Assembly: GCA_964016885.1 (NCBI GenBank)
Contig: OZ024740.1
Span: 38,626,001 to 38,690,000 of the forward strand
Direction of reading: 5' to 3'
DNA from: Eledone cirrhosa
Lineage: Eukaryota
DNA length: 64,000 nucleotides
Below are positions 1 through 16,294 of the stretch, one piece after another (position 1 is the first letter of the stretch; every line of letters starts with the position of its first letter). A program made the translations under genes and the position numbers. The notes under the pieces were generated by a model that searched no databases, had not been told where the DNA came from, and saw nothing but the letters and a program-made list of their open reading frames with translations.

Positions 1-1342
1 ACCATCTCTTGTCATTAACAAGTGTTAACAGTAGAACTACTGGCAATACTATAACATATACACCATCTCTTGTCATTAATAAGGGTTAACAGTAGAACTA
101 TTGGCAATAATATAACATATACACCATCTCTTGTCATTAAGAAGGGTTAACATTAGAACTACTGTCAATACTATAACATATATACCATCTCTTGTCATTA
201 AGAATGGTTAACAGTAGAACTACTTGCAATACTATGACATATACACCATCTCTTTTCATTAACAAGGGTTAACAGTAGAACTACTGGCAATACTATAAGA
301 TATACACCATCTCTTGTCATTAACAAGAGTTAACAGTAGAACTACTGTCAATACTATAACATATACACCATCTTCTGTCATTAAGAAGGGTTAACAGTAG
401 AACTACTGGCAATACTATAACATATACACCATCCTTTGTCATTAAGAAGGGTTAACAGTAGAACTACTAGCAATACTATAACATAAACACCATCTCTTGT
501 CATTAAGAAGGGTTAACAGTAGATCTACTGGCAATACTATAACATATACACCATCACTTGTCATTAATAAGGATTAATAGTAGAACTACTAGCAATACTA
601 TAACATATATACCATCTCTTGTCATTTAGAAGGGTTAAGAGTAGAACTACTGGCAATACTATAACATATACACCATCTCTTGTCATTAATAAGGGTTAAC
701 AGTAGAACTACTGGCAATACTATAACATATATACCATCTCTTGTCATTAACAAGTGTTAACAGTAGAACTACTGGCAATACTATAACATATACACCATCT
801 CTTGTCATTAACAAGGGTTAACAGTAGAACTACTGGCAATACTATAACATATACACCATCTCTGGTCATTAACAAGGGTTAACAGTAGAACTACTGGCAA
901 TACTATAACATATACACCATCCTTTGTCATTAAGAAGGGTAAACAGTATAACTACTAGCAATACTATAACATAAACACCATCTCTTGTCATTAATAAGGG
1001 TTAACAGTAGAACTACTAGCAATACTATAACATATATACCATCTCTTGTCATTTAGAAGGGTTAAGAGTAGAAGTACTGGCAATACTATAGCATATACAC
1101 CATCTCTTGTCATTAATAAGGGTTAACAGTAGAACTACTGGCAATACTATAACATATATACAATCGCTTGTCATTAACAAGAGTTAACAGTAGAACTACT
1201 GGCTATACTATAACATATATACCATCTCTTGTCATTAACAAGTGTTAACAGTAGAACTACTGGCAATACTATAACATATACACCATCTCTTGTCATTAAC
1301 AAGGGTTAACAGTAGAACTACTGGCAATACTATAACATATAC

Positions 1343-1397
1343 ACCATCTCTGGTCATTAACAAGGGTTAGCAGTAGAACGACTGGCAATACATATAT
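1343..1397 (+). repeat. 55-bp deletion monomer (loss of TATAAC); representative of a recurrent variant
   Basis: GGCAATAC^ATATATACC compared with consensus GGCAATACTATAACATATATACC, flanked by AC microhomology. It recurs at, for example, ~2940, 4620, 6236, 16490, 36585, 55270 and 62850. A 54-bp version with CATTAAAAGGG occurs at ~19080, 21370, 23595, 28200, 30975 and 42655. Confidence 0.9.
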
Positions 1398-1580
1398 ACC
1401 ATCTCTTGTCATTAACAAGGGTTAACAGTAGAACTATTCGCATTACTATAACATATACACCATCTCTTGTCATTAAGAAGGGGTAACAGTAGAAATACTG
1501 GCAATACTATAACATATACACAATCTCTTGTCATTAAGAAGGGTTAACAGTAGAACTACTGGCAATACTATAACATAAAC

Positions 1581-1616
1581 ACCATCTAGAACTATTGGCA
1601 ATACTATAAAATATAC
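1581..1616 (+). repeat. 36-bp deletion monomer (25-bp deletion creating an XbaI site); first of 21 copies I counted
   Basis: ACCATCT^AGAACTA lacks CTTGTCATTAAGAAGGGTTAACAGT. TCTAGA occurs at 1585, 3140, 4816, 6432, 7871, 10219, 11895, 13511, 14950, 16688, 17694, 19310, 21597, 23822, 28427, 31201, 36782, 39618, 42880, 44562 and 63045. Confidence 0.93.
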
Positions 1617-1689
1617 ACCATCTCTTGTCATTAAGAAGGGTTAACAGTAGAACTACTGGCAATACTATAACATATATACCATCTTTTGT

Positions 1690-4600
1690 CATTAAGAAGG
1701 GTTAACAGTAGAACTACTGGCAATACTATAACATATACACCATCTCTTGTCATTAAGAAAGGTTAACAGTAGAACTACTAGCAATACTATAACATATACA
1801 CCATCTCTTGTCATTAAGAAGGGTTAACAGTAGATCTACTGGCAATACTATAACATATACACCATCTCTTGTCATTAATAAGGGTTAACAGTAGAACTAC
1901 TAGCAATACTATAACATATATACCATCTCTTGTCATTAACAAGGGTTAACATTAGAACTACTGGCAATACTATAACATATACACCATCTCTTGTCAATAA
2001 TAAGGGTTAACAGTAGAACAACTGACTATACTATAACATATATACCATCTCTTGTCATTAACAAGGTTTAACAGTAGAACAACTGGCAATACTATAACAT
2101 ATACACCATCTCTTGTCATTAACAAGTGTTAACTGTAGAACTACTGGCAATACTATAACATATACACCATCTCTTGTCATTAAGAAGGGTTAACAGTAGA
2201 ACTACTGGCAATACTATAACATAAACACCATCTCTGGTCATTAACAAGGGTTAACAGTAGAACTACTGGCAATACTATAACATATATACCATCTCTTGTC
2301 ATTAAGAAGGGTTAACAGTATAAATACTGGAAATACTATAACATATACACCATCGCTTGTCTTTAAGAATGGTTAACAGTAGAACTATTTGCAATACTAT
2401 GACATATACACCATTTCTTTTCATTAACAAGGGTTAACAGTAGAACTACTGGCAATACTATAAGATATACACCATCTCTTGTCATTAACAAGAGTTAACA
2501 GTAGAACAACTGGCAATACTATAACATATACACCATCTCCTGTCATTAAGAAGGGTTAACAGTAGAACTACTGGCAATACTATAACATATACACCATCCT
2601 TTGTCATTAAGAAGGGTTAACAGTAGAACTACTAGCAATACTATAACATATATACCATCTCTTGTCATTAAGAAGGGTTAACAGTAGAACTACTGGCAAT
2701 ACTATAACATATACACCATCCCTTGTCATTAATAAGGGTTAACAGTAGAACTACTGGCAATACTATAACATATATACCATCGCTTGTCATTAACAAGAGT
2801 TAACAGTAGAACTACTGGAAATACTATAACATATACACCATCTCTTGTCATTAACAAGGGTTAACAGTAGAACTACTGGCAATACTATAACATATACACC
2901 ATCTCTGGTCATTAACAAGGGTTAACAGTAGAACGACTGGCAATACATATATACCATCTCTTGTCATTAACAAGGGTTAACAGTAGAACTATTCGCATTA
3001 CTATAACATATACACCATCTCTTGTCATTAAGAAGGGGTAACAGTAGAAATACTGGCAATACTATAACATATACACTATCTCTTGTCATTAAGAAGGGTT
3101 AACAGTAGAACTACTGGCAACACTATAACATAAACACCATCTAGAACTATTGGCAATACTATAAAATATACACCATCTCTTGTCATTAAGAAGGGTTAAC
3201 AGTAGAACTACTGGCAATACTATAACATATATACCATCTCTTGTCAGTAACAAGGGTTAACAGTAGAACTACTGGCAATACTATAACATATACACCATCT
3301 CTTGTCATTAAGAAGGGTTAACAGTAGAACTAAAGGCAATACTATCACATATACACTATCTCTTGTCATTAAGAGGGGTTAACAGTAGAACTATTGGCAA
3401 TACTATAACTTATACACCATATCTTGTCATTAACAAGGGTTAACAGTAGAACTATTGGCAATACTATAACATATATACCATCTCTTGTAATTAACAAGGG
3501 TTAACAGTAGAACTACTGGCAATACTATAACATATATACCATCTCTTGTCATTAAGAAGGGTTAACAGTATAACTACTGGAAATACTATAACATATACAC
3601 CATCTCTTGTCATTAAGAAGGGTTAACAGTGGAACTACTTGCAATACTATGACATATACACCATCTCTTTTCATTAACAAGGGTTAACAGTAGAACTACT
3701 GGCAATACTATAAGATATACACCATCTCTTGTCATTAACAAGAGTTAACAGTAGAACTACTGTCAATACTATAAGATATACACCATCTCTTGTCATTAAC
3801 AAGAGTTAACAGTAGAACAACTGGCAATACTATAACATATACACCATCTCTTGTCATTAACAAGAGTTAACAGTAGAACAACTGGCAATACTATAACATA
3901 TACACCATCTCCTGTCATTAGAAGGGTTATCAGTAGAACTACTGGCAATACTATAACATATACACCATCCTTTGTCATTAAGAAGGGTTAACAGTAGAAC
4001 TACTAGCAATACTATAACATAAACACCATCTCTTGTCATTAAGAAGGGTTAACAGTCGATCTACTGGCAATACTATAACATATACACCATTACTTGTCAT
4101 TAATAAGGGTTAACAGTAGAACTACTAGCAATACTATAACATATATACCATCTCTTGTCATTAAGAAGGGTTAACAGTAGAACTACTGGCAATACTATAA
4201 CATATACACCATCTCCTGTCATTAAGAAGGGTTAACAGTAGAACTACTGGCAATACTATAACATATACACCATCCTTTGTCATTAAGAAGGGTTAACAGT
4301 AGAACTACTAGCAATACTATAACATATATACCATCTCTTGTCATTAAGAAGGGTTAACAGTAGAACTACTGGCAATACTATAACATATACGCCATCCCTT
4401 GTCATTAATAAGGGTTAACAGTAGAACTACTGGCAATACTATAACATATATACCATCGCTTGTCATTAACAAGAGTTAACAGTAGAACTACTGGAAATAC
4501 TATAACATATACACCATCTCTTGTCATTAACAAGGGTTAACAGTAGAACTACTGGCAATACTATAACATATACACCATCTCTGGTCATTAACAAGGGTTA

Positions 4601-7600
4601 ACAGTAGAACGACTGGCAATACATATATACCATCTCTTGTCATTAACAAGGGTTAACAGTAGAACTATTCGCATTACTATAACATATACAGCATCTCTTG
4701 TCATTAAGAAGGGGTAACAGTAGAAATACTGGCAATACTATAACATATACACTATCTCTTGTCATTAAGAAGGGTTAACAGTAGAACTACTGGCAACACT
4801 ATAACATAAACACCATCTAGAACTATTGGCAATACTATAAAATATACACCATCTCTTGTCATTAAGAAGGGTTAACAGTAGAACTACTGGCAATACTATA
4901 ACATATATACCATCTCTTGTCAGTAACAAGGGTTAACAGTAGAACTACTGGCAATACTATAACATATACACCATCTCTTGTCATTAAGAAGGGTTAACAG
5001 TAGAACTAAAGGCAATACTATCACATATACACTATCTCTTGTCATTAAGAAGGGTTAACAGTAGAACTATTGGCAATACTATAACTTATACACCATACCT
5101 TGTCATTAACAAGGGTTAACAGTAGAACTATTGGCAATACTATAACATATATACCATCTCTTGTAATTAACAAGGGTTAACAGTAGAACTACTGGCAATA
5201 CTATAACATATATACCATCTCTTGTCATTAAGAAGGGTTAACAGTGGAACTCCTTGCAATACTATGACATATACACCATCTCTTTTCATTAACAAGGGTT
5301 AACAGTAGAACTACTGGCAATACTATAAGATATACACCATCTCTTGTCATTAACAAGAGTTAACAGTAGAACTACTGTCAATACTATAAGATATACACCA
5401 TCTCTTGTCATTAACAAGAGTTAACAGTAGAACAACTGGCAATACTATAACATATACACCATCTCCTGTCATTAAGAAGGGTTATCAGTAGAACTACTGG
5501 CAATACTATAACATATACACCATCCTTTGTCATTAAGAAGGGTTAACAGTAGAACTACTAGCAATACTATAACATAAACACCATCTCTTGTCATTAAGAA
5601 GGGTTAACAGTCGATCTACTGGCAATACTATAACATATACACCATTACTTGTCATTAATAAGGGTTAACAGTAGAACTACTAGCAATACTATAACATATA
5701 TACCATCTCTTGTCATTAAGAAGGGTTAACAGTAGAACTACTGGCAATACTATAACATATACACCATCCCTTGTCATTAATAAGGGTTAACAGTAGAACT
5801 ACTGGCAATACTATAACATATATACCATCGCTTGTCATTAACAAGAGTTAACAGTAGAACTACTGTCTATGCTAAAACATATATACCATCTCTTGTCATT
5901 AACAAGTGTTAACAGTAGAACTACTGGAAATACTATAACATATACACCATCTCTTGTCATTAACAAGGGTTAACAGTAGAACTACTGGCAATACTATAAC
6001 ATATACACCATCTCTGGTCATTAACAAGGGTTAACAGTAGAACTATTCGCATTACTATAACATATACACCATCTCTTGTCATTAATAAGGGGTAACAGTA
6101 GAAATACTGGCAATACTATAACATATACACTATCTCTTGTCATTAAGAAGGGTTAACAGTAGAACTACTGGCAATACTATAACATATACACCATCTCTGG
6201 TCATTAACAAGGGTTAACAGTAGAACGACTGGCAATACATATATACCATCTCTTGTCATTAACAAGGGTTAACAGTAGAACTATTCGCATTACTATAACA
6301 TATACACCATCTCTTGTCATTAAGAAGGGGTAACAGTAGAAATACTGGCAATACTATAACATATACACTATCTCTTGTCATTAAGAAGGGTTAACAGTAG
6401 AACTACTGGCAACACTATAACATAAACACCATCTAGAACTATTGGCAATACTATTAAATATACACCATCTCTTGTCATTAAGAAGGGTTAACAGTAGAAC
6501 TACTGGCAATACTATAACATATATACCATCTCTTGTCAGTAACAAGGGTTAACAGTAGAACTACTGGCAATACTATAACATATACACCATCTCTTGTCAT
6601 TAAGAAGGGTTAACAGTAGAACTAAAGGCAATACTATCACATATACACTATCTCTTGTCATTAAGAAGGGTTAACAGTAGAACTATTGGCAATACTATAA
6701 CTTATACACCATATCTTGTCATTAACAAGGGTTAACAGTAGAACTATTGGCAATACTATAACATATATACCATCTCTTGTAATTAACAAGGGTTAACAGT
6801 AGAACTACTGGCAATACAATAACATATATACCATCTCTTGTCATTAAGAAGGGTTAACAGTATAACTACTGGAAATACTATAACATATACACCATCTCTT
6901 GTCATTAAGAAGGGTTAACAGTGGAACTCCTTGCAATACTATGACATATACACCATCTCTTTCCATTAACAAGGGTTAACAGTAGAACTACTGGCAATAC
7001 TATAAGATATACACCATCTCTTGTCATTAACAAGAGTTAACAGTAGAACTACTGTCAATACTATAAGATATACACCATCTCTTGTCATTAACAAGAGTTA
7101 ACAGTAGAACAACTGGCAATACTATAACATATACACCATCTCCTGTCATTAAGAAGGGTTATCAGTAGAACTACTGGCAATACTATAACATATACACCAT
7201 CCTTTGTCATTAAGAAGGGTTAACAGTAGAACTACTAGCAATACTATAACATAAACACCATCTCTTGTCATTAAGAAGGGTTAACAGTCGATCTACTGGC
7301 AATACTATAACATATACACCATTACTTGTCATTAATAAGGGTTAACAGTAGAACTACTAGCAATACTATAACATATATACTATCTCTTGTCATTAAGAAG
7401 GGTTAACAGTAGAACTACTGGCAATACTATAACATATACACCATCCCTTGTCATTAATAAGGGTTAACAGTAGAACTACTGGCAATACTATAACATATAT
7501 ACCATCGCTTGTCATTAACAAGAGTTAACAGTAGAACTACTGTCTATGCTATAACATATATACCATCTCTTGTCATTAACAAGTGTTAACAGTAGAACTA

Positions 7601-10600
7601 CTGGAAATACTATAACATATACACCATCTCTTGTCATTAACAAGGGTTAACAGTAGAACTACTGGCAATACTATAACATATACACCATCTCTGGTCATTA
7701 ACAAGGGTTAACAGTAGAACTATTCGCATTACTATAACATATACACCATCTCTTGTCATTAATAAGGGGTATCAGTAGAAATACTGGCAATACTATAACA
7801 TATACACTATCTCTTGTCATTAAGAAGGGTTAACAGTAGAACTACTGGCAATACTATAACATAAACACCATCTAGAACTATTGGCAATACTATAAAATAT
7901 ACACCATCTCTTGTCATTAAGAAGGGTTAACAGTAGAACTACTGGCAATACTATAACATATATACCGTCTCTTGTCAGTAACAAGGGTTAACAGTAGAAC
8001 TACTGGCAATACTATAACATATACACCATCTCTTGTCATTAAGAAGGGTTAACAGTAGAACTATTGGCAATACTATAACTTATACACCATATCTTGTCAT
8101 TAACAAGGGTTAACAGTAGAACTATTCGCAATACTATAACATATACACCATCTCTTTTCATTAACAAGGGTTAACAGTAGAACTACTGGCAATACTATAA
8201 AATATACACCAACTCTTGTCATTAAGAAGGGTTAACAGTAGAACTATTGGCAATACTATAACATATATACCATCTCTTGTAATTAACAAGGGTTAACAGT
8301 AGAACTACTGGCAATACTATAACATATATACCATCTCTTGTCATTAAGAAGGGTTAACAGTATAACTACTGGAAATACTATAACATATACACCATCTCTT
8401 GTCATTAAGAAGGGTTAACAGTGGAACTACTTGCAATACTATGACATATACACCATCTCTTTTCATTAACAACGGTTAACAGTAGAACTACTGGCAATAA
8501 TATAAGATATACACCATCTCTTGTCATTAACAAGAGTTAACAGTAGAACTACTGTCAATACTATAAGATATACACCATCTCTTGTCATTAACAAGAGTTA
8601 ACAGTAGAACAACTGGCAATACTATAACATATGCACCATCTCCTGTCATTAAGAAGGGTTAACAGTAGAACTACTGGCAATACTATAACATATACACCAT
8701 CTCTTGTCATTAAGAAAGGTTAACAGTAGAACTACTAGCAATACTATAACATATACACCATCTCTTGTCATTAAGAAGGGTTAACAGTAGATCTACTGGC
8801 AATACTATAACATATACACCATCTCTTGTCATTAATAAGGGTTAACAGTAGAACTACTAGCAATACTATAACATATATACCATCTCTTGTCATTAACAAG
8901 GGTTAACATTAGAACTACTGGCAATACTATAACATATACACCATCTCTTGTCAATAATAAGGGTTAACAGTAGAACAACTGACTATACTATAACATATAT
9001 ACCATCTCTTGTCATTAACAAGGTTTAACAGTAGAACAACTGGCAATACTATAACATATACACCATCTCTTGTCATTAATAAGGGTTAACAGTAGAACTA
9101 CTGGCAATACTATAACATATATACCATCGCTTGTCATTAACAAGAGTTAACAGTAGAACTACTGGCTATACTATAACATATACACCATCTCTTGTCATTA
9201 ACAAGTGTTAACTGTAGAACTACTGGCAATACTATAACATATACACCATCTCTTGTCATTAAGAAGGGTTAACAGTAGAACTACTGGCAATACTATAACA
9301 TAAACACCATCTCTGGTCATTAACAAGGGTTAACAGTAGAACTACTGGCAATACTATAACATATATACCATCTCTTGTCATTAAGAAGGGTTAACAGTAT
9401 AAATACTGGAAATACTATAACATATACACCATCGCTTGTCTTTAAGAATGGTTAACAGTAGAACTATTTGCAATACTATGACATATACACCATTTCTTTT
9501 CATTAACAAGGGTTAACAGTAGAACTACTGGCAATACTATAAGATATACACCATCTCTTGTCATTAACAAGAGTTAACAGTAGAACAACTGGCAATACTA
9601 TAACATATACACCATCTCCTGTCATTAAGAAGGGTTAACAGTAGAACTACTGGCAATACTATAACATATACACCATCCTTTGTCATTAAGAAGGGTTAAC
9701 AGTAGAACTACTAGCAATACTATAACATATATACCATCTCTTGTCATTAAGAAGGGTTAACAGTAGAACTACTGGCAATACTATAACATATACACCATCC
9801 CTTGTCATTAATAAGGGTTAACAGTAGAACTACTGGCAATACTATAACATATATACCATCGCTTGTCATTAACAAGAGTTAACAGTAGAACTACTGGAAA
9901 TACTATAACATATACACCATCTCTTGTCATTAACAAGGGTTAACAGTAGAACTACTGGCAATACTATAACATATACACCATCTCTGGTCATTAACAAGGG
10001 TTAACAGTAGAACGACTGGCAATACATATATACCATCTCTTGTCATTAACAAGGGTTAACAGTAGAACTATTCGCATTACTATAACATATACACCATCTC
10101 TTGTCATTAAGAAGGGGTAACAGTAGAAATACTGGCAATACTATAACATATACACTATCTCTTGTCATTAAGAAGGGTTAACAGTAGAACTACTGGCAAC
10201 ACTATAACATAAACACCATCTAGAACTATTGGCAATACTATAAAATATACACCATCTCTTGTCATTAAGAAGGGTTAACAGTAGAACTACTGGCAATACT
10301 ATAACATATATACCATCTCTTGTCAGTAACAAGGGTTAACAGTAGAACTACTGGCAATACTATAACATATACACCATCTCTTGTCATTAAGAAGGGTTAA
10401 CAGTAGAACTAAAGGCAATACTATCACATATACACTATCTCTTGTCATTAAGAAGGGTTAACAGTAGAACTATTGGCAATACTATAACTTATACACCATA
10501 TCTTGTCATTAACAAGGGTTAACAGTAGAACTATTGGCAATACTATAACATATATACCATCTCTTGTAATTAACAAGGGTTAACAGTAGAACTACTGGCA

Positions 10601-13600
10601 ATACTATAACATATATACCATCTCTTGTCATTAAGAAGGGTTAACAGTATAACTACTGGAAATACTATAACATATACACCATCTCTTGTCATTAAGAAGG
10701 GTTAACAGTGGAACTACTTGCAATACTATGACATATACACCATCTCTTTTCATTAACAAGGGTTAACAGTAGAACTACTGGCAATACTATAAGATATACA
10801 CCATCTCTTGTCATTAACAAGAGTTAACAGTAGAACTACTGTCAATACTATAAGATATACACCATCTCTTGTCATTAACAAGAGTTAACAGTAGAACAAC
10901 TGGCAATACTATAACATATACACCATCTCTTGTCATTAACAAGAGTTAACAGTAGAACAACTGGCAATACTATAACATATACACCATCTCCTGTCATTAG
11001 AAGGGTTATCAGTAGAACTACTGGCAATACTATAACATATACACCATCCTTTGTCATTAAGAAGGGTTAACAGTAGAACTACTAGCAATACTATAACATA
11101 AACACCATCTCTTGTCATTAAGAAGGGTTAACAGTCGATCTACTGGCAATACTATAACATATACACCATTACTTGTCATTAATAAGGGTTAACAGTAGAA
11201 CTACTAGCAATACTATAACATATATACCATCTCTTGTCATTAAGAAGGGTTAACAGTAGAACTACTGGCAATACTATAACATATACACCATCTCCTGTCA
11301 TTAAGAAGGGTTAACAGTAGAACTACTGGCAATACTATAACATATACACCATCCTTTGTCATTAAGAAGGGTTAACAGTAGAACTACTAGCAATACTATA
11401 ACATATATACCATCTCTTGTCATTAAGAAGGGTTAACAGTAGAACTACTGGCAATACTATAACATATACGCCATCCCTTGTCATTAATAAGGGTTAACAG
11501 TAGAACTACTGGCAATACTATAACATATATACCATCGCTTGTCATTAACAAGAGTTAACAGTAGAACTACTGGAAATACTATAACATATACACCATCTCT
11601 TGTCATTAACAAGGGTTAACAGTAGAACTACTGGCAATACTATAACATATACACCATCTCTGGTCATTAACAAGGGTTAACAGTAGAACGACTGGCAATA
11701 CATATATACCATCTCTTGTCATTAACAAGGGTTAACAGTAGAACTATTCGCATTACTATAACATATACAGCATCTCTTGTCATTAAGAAGGGGTAACAGT
11801 AGAAATACTGGCAATACTATAACATATACACTATCTCTTGTCATTAAGAAGGGTTAACAGTAGAACTACTGGCAACACTATAACATAAACACCATCTAGA
11901 ACTATTGGCAATACTATAAAATATACACCATCTCTTGTCATTAAGAAGGGTTAACAGTAGAACTACTGGCAATACTATAACATATATACCATCTCTTGTC
12001 AGTAACAAGGGTTAACAGTAGAACTACTGGCAATACTATAACATATACACCATCTCTTGTCATTAAGAAGGGTTAACAGTAGAACTAAAGGCAATACTAT
12101 CACATATACACTATCTCTTGTCATTAAGAAGGGTTAACAGTAGAACTATTGGCAATACTATAACTTATACACCATACCTTGTCATTAACAAGGGTTAACA
12201 GTAGAACTATTGGCAATACTATAACATATATACCATCTCTTGTAATTAACAAGGGTTAACAGTAGAACTACTGGCAATACTATAACATATATACCATCTC
12301 TTGTCATTAAGAAGGGTTAACAGTGGAACTCCTTGCAATACTATGACATATACACCATCTCTTTTCATTAACAAGGGTTAACAGTAGAACTACTGGCAAT
12401 ACTATAAGATATACACCATCTCTTGTCATTAACAAGAGTTAACAGTAGAACTACTGTCAATACTATAAGATATACACCATCTCTTGTCATTAACAAGAGT
12501 TAACAGTAGAACAACTGGCAATACTATAACATATACACCATCTCCTGTCATTAAGAAGGGTTATCAGTAGAACTACTGGCAATACTATAACATATACACC
12601 ATCCTTTGTCATTAAGAAGGGTTAACAGTAGAACTACTAGCAATACTATAACATAAACACCATCTCTTGTCATTAAGAAGGGTTAACAGTCGATCTACTG
12701 GCAATACTATAACATATACACCATTACTTGTCATTAATAAGGGTTAACAGTAGAACTACTAGCAATACTATAACATATATACCATCTCTTGTCATTAAGA
12801 AGGGTTAACAGTAGAACTACTGGCAATACTATAACATATACACCATCCCTTGTCATTAATAAGGGTTAACAGTAGAACTACTGGCAATACTATAACATAT
12901 ATACCATCGCTTGTCATTAACAAGAGTTAACAGTAGAACTACTGTCTATGCTAAAACATATATACCATCTCTTGTCATTAACAAGTGTTAACAGTAGAAC
13001 TACTGGAAATACTATAACATATACACCATCTCTTGTCATTAACAAGGGTTAACAGTAGAACTACTGGCAATACTATAACATATACACCATCTCTGGTCAT
13101 TAACAAGGGTTAACAGTAGAACTATTCGCATTACTATAACATATACACCATCTCTTGTCATTAATAAGGGGTAACAGTAGAAATACTGGCAATACTATAA
13201 CATATACACTATCTCTTGTCATTAAGAAGGGTTAACAGTAGAACTACTGGCAATACTATAACATATACACCATCTCTGGTCATTAACAAGGGTTAACAGT
13301 AGAACGACTGGCAATACATATATACCATCTCTTGTCATTAACAAGGGTTAACAGTAGAACTATTCGCATTACTATAACATATACACCATCTCTTGTCATT
13401 AAGAAGGGGTAACAGTAGAAATACTGGCAATACTATAACATATACACTATCTCTTGTCATTAAGAAGGGTTAACAGTAGAACTACTGGCAACACTATAAC
13501 ATAAACACCATCTAGAACTATTGGCAATACTATAAAATATACACCATCTCTTGTCATTAAGAAGGGTTAACAGTAGAACTACTGGCAATACTATAACATA

Positions 13601-15779
13601 TATACCATCTCTTGTCAGTAACAAGGGTTAACAGTAGAACTACTGGCAATACTATAACATATACACCATCTCTTGTCATTAAGAAGGGTTAACAGTAGAA
13701 CTAAAGGCAATACTATCACATATACACTATCTCTTGTCATTAAGAAGGGTTAACAGTAGAACTATTGGCAATACTATAACTTATACACCATATCTTGTCA
13801 TTAACAAGGGTTAACAGTAGAACTATTGGCAATACTATAACATATATACCATCTCTTGTAATTAACAAGGGTTAACAGTAGAACTACTGGCAATACAATA
13901 ACATATATACCATCTCTTGTCATTAAGAAGGGTTAACAGTATAACTACTGGAAATACTATAACATATACACCATCTCTTGTCATTAAGAAGGGTTAACAG
14001 TGGAACTCCTTGCAATACTATGACATATACACCATCTCTTTCCATTAACAAGGGTTAACAGTAGAACTACTGGCAATACTATAAGATATACACCATCTCT
14101 TGTCATTAACAAGAGTTAACAGTAGAACTACTGTCAATACTATAAGATATACACCATCTCTTGTCATTAACAAGAGTTAACAGTAGAACAACTGGCAATA
14201 CTATAACATATACACCATCTCCTGTCATTAAGAAGGGTTATCAGTAGAACTACTGGCAATACTATAACATATACACCATCCTTTGTCATTAAGAAGGGTT
14301 AACAGTAGAACTACTAGCAATACTATAACATAAACACCATCTCTTGTCATTAAGAAGGGTTAACAGTCGATCTACTGGCAATACTATAACATATACACCA
14401 TTACTTGTCATTAATAAGGGTTAACAGTAGAACTACTAGCAATACTATAACATATATACTATCTCTTGTCATTAAGAAGGGTTAACAGTAGAACTACTGG
14501 CAATACTATAACATATACACCATCCCTTGTCATTAATAAGGGTTAACAGTAGAACTACTGGCAATACTATAACATATATACCATCGCTTGTCATTAACAA
14601 GAGTTAACAGTAGAACTACTGTCTATGCTATAACATATATACCATCTCTTGTCATTAACAAGTGTTAACAGTAGAACTACTGGAAATACTATAACATATA
14701 CACCATCTCTTGTCATTAACAAGGGTTAACAGTAGAACTACTGGCAATACTATAACATATACACCATCTCTGGTCATTAACAAGGGTTAACAGTAGAACT
14801 ATTCGCATTACTATAACATATACACCATCTCTTGTCATTAATAAGGGGTATCAGTAGAAATACTGGCAATACTATAACATATACACTATCTCTTGTCATT
14901 AAGAAGGGTTAACAGTAGAACTACTGGCAATACTATAACATAAACACCATCTAGAACTATTGGCAATACTATAAAATATACACCATCTCTTGTCATTAAG
15001 AAGGGTTAACAGTAGAACTACTGGCAATACTATAACATATATACCGTCTCTTGTCAGTAACAAGGGTTAACAGTAGAACTACTGGCAATACTATAACATA
15101 TACACCATCTCTTGTCATTAAGAAGGGTTAACAGTAGAACTATTGGCAATACTATAACTTATACACCATATCTTGTCATTAACAAGGGTTAACAGTAGAA
15201 CTATTCGCAATACTATAACATATACACCATCTCTTTTCATTAACAAGGGTTAACAGTAGAACTACTGGCAATACTATAAAATATACACCAACTCTTGTCA
15301 TTAAGAAGGGTTAACAGTAGAACTATTGGCAATACTATAACATATATACCATCTCTTGTAATTAACAAGGGTTAACAGTAGAACTACTGGCAATACTATA
15401 ACATATATACCATCTCTTGTCATTAAGAAGGGTTAACAGTATAACTACTGGAAATACTATAACATATACACCATCTCTTGTCATTAAGAAGGGTTAACAG
15501 TGGAACTACTTGCAATACTATGACATATACACCATCTCTTTTCATTAACAACGGTTAACAGTAGAACTACTGGCAATAATATAAGATATACACCATCTCT
15601 TGTCATTAACAAGAGTTAACAGTAGAACTACTGTCAATACTATAAGATATACACCATCTCTTGTCATTAACAAGAGTTAACAGTAGAACAACTGGCAATA
15701 CTATAACATATGCACCATCTCCTGTCATTAAGAAGGGTTAACAGTAGAACTACTGGCAATACTATAACATATACACCAT
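1690..15779 (+). repeat. Near-identical ~7-kb tandem duplication (copy 1 ~1690-8700, copy 2 ~8650-15779)
   Basis: Rare variants recur at an offset of exactly 7,079 bp: TCTAGA at 3140/10219, 4816/11895, 6432/13511 and 7871/14950, and the ORF pair 3796/10875. At the left end the offset is 6,957 (1984/8941) because copy 2 has two extra monomers at ~9062-9183. I noticed only a few SNPs (~3375 vs ~10454, ~6455 vs ~13534). Confidence 0.93.
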
Positions 15780-16294
15780 CCTTTGTCATTAAGAAGGGTT
15801 AACAGTAGAACTACTAGCAATACTATAACATAAACACCATCTCTTGTCATTAAGAAGGGTTAACAGTCGATCTACTGGCAATACTATAACATATACACCA
15901 TCACTTGTCATTAATAAGGGTTAACAGTAGAGCTACTTGCAATACTATAACATATATACCATCTCTTGTCATTAAGAAGGGTTAACAGTAGAACTACTGG
16001 CAATACTATAACATATACACCATCTCTTGTCATTAATAAGGGTTAACAGTAGAACTACTGGCAATACCATAACATATATACCATCGCTTGTCATTAACAA
16101 GAGTTAACAGTAGAACTACTGGCTATACTATAACATATATACCATCAGTTGTCATTAACAAGTGTTAACAGTAGAACTCCTGGCAATACTATAACATATA
16201 CACCATCTCTTGTCATTAAGAAGGGTTAACAGTAGAGCTATTGGCAATACTATAACATATACACCATCTCTTGTCATTAAGAAGGGTTAACATT

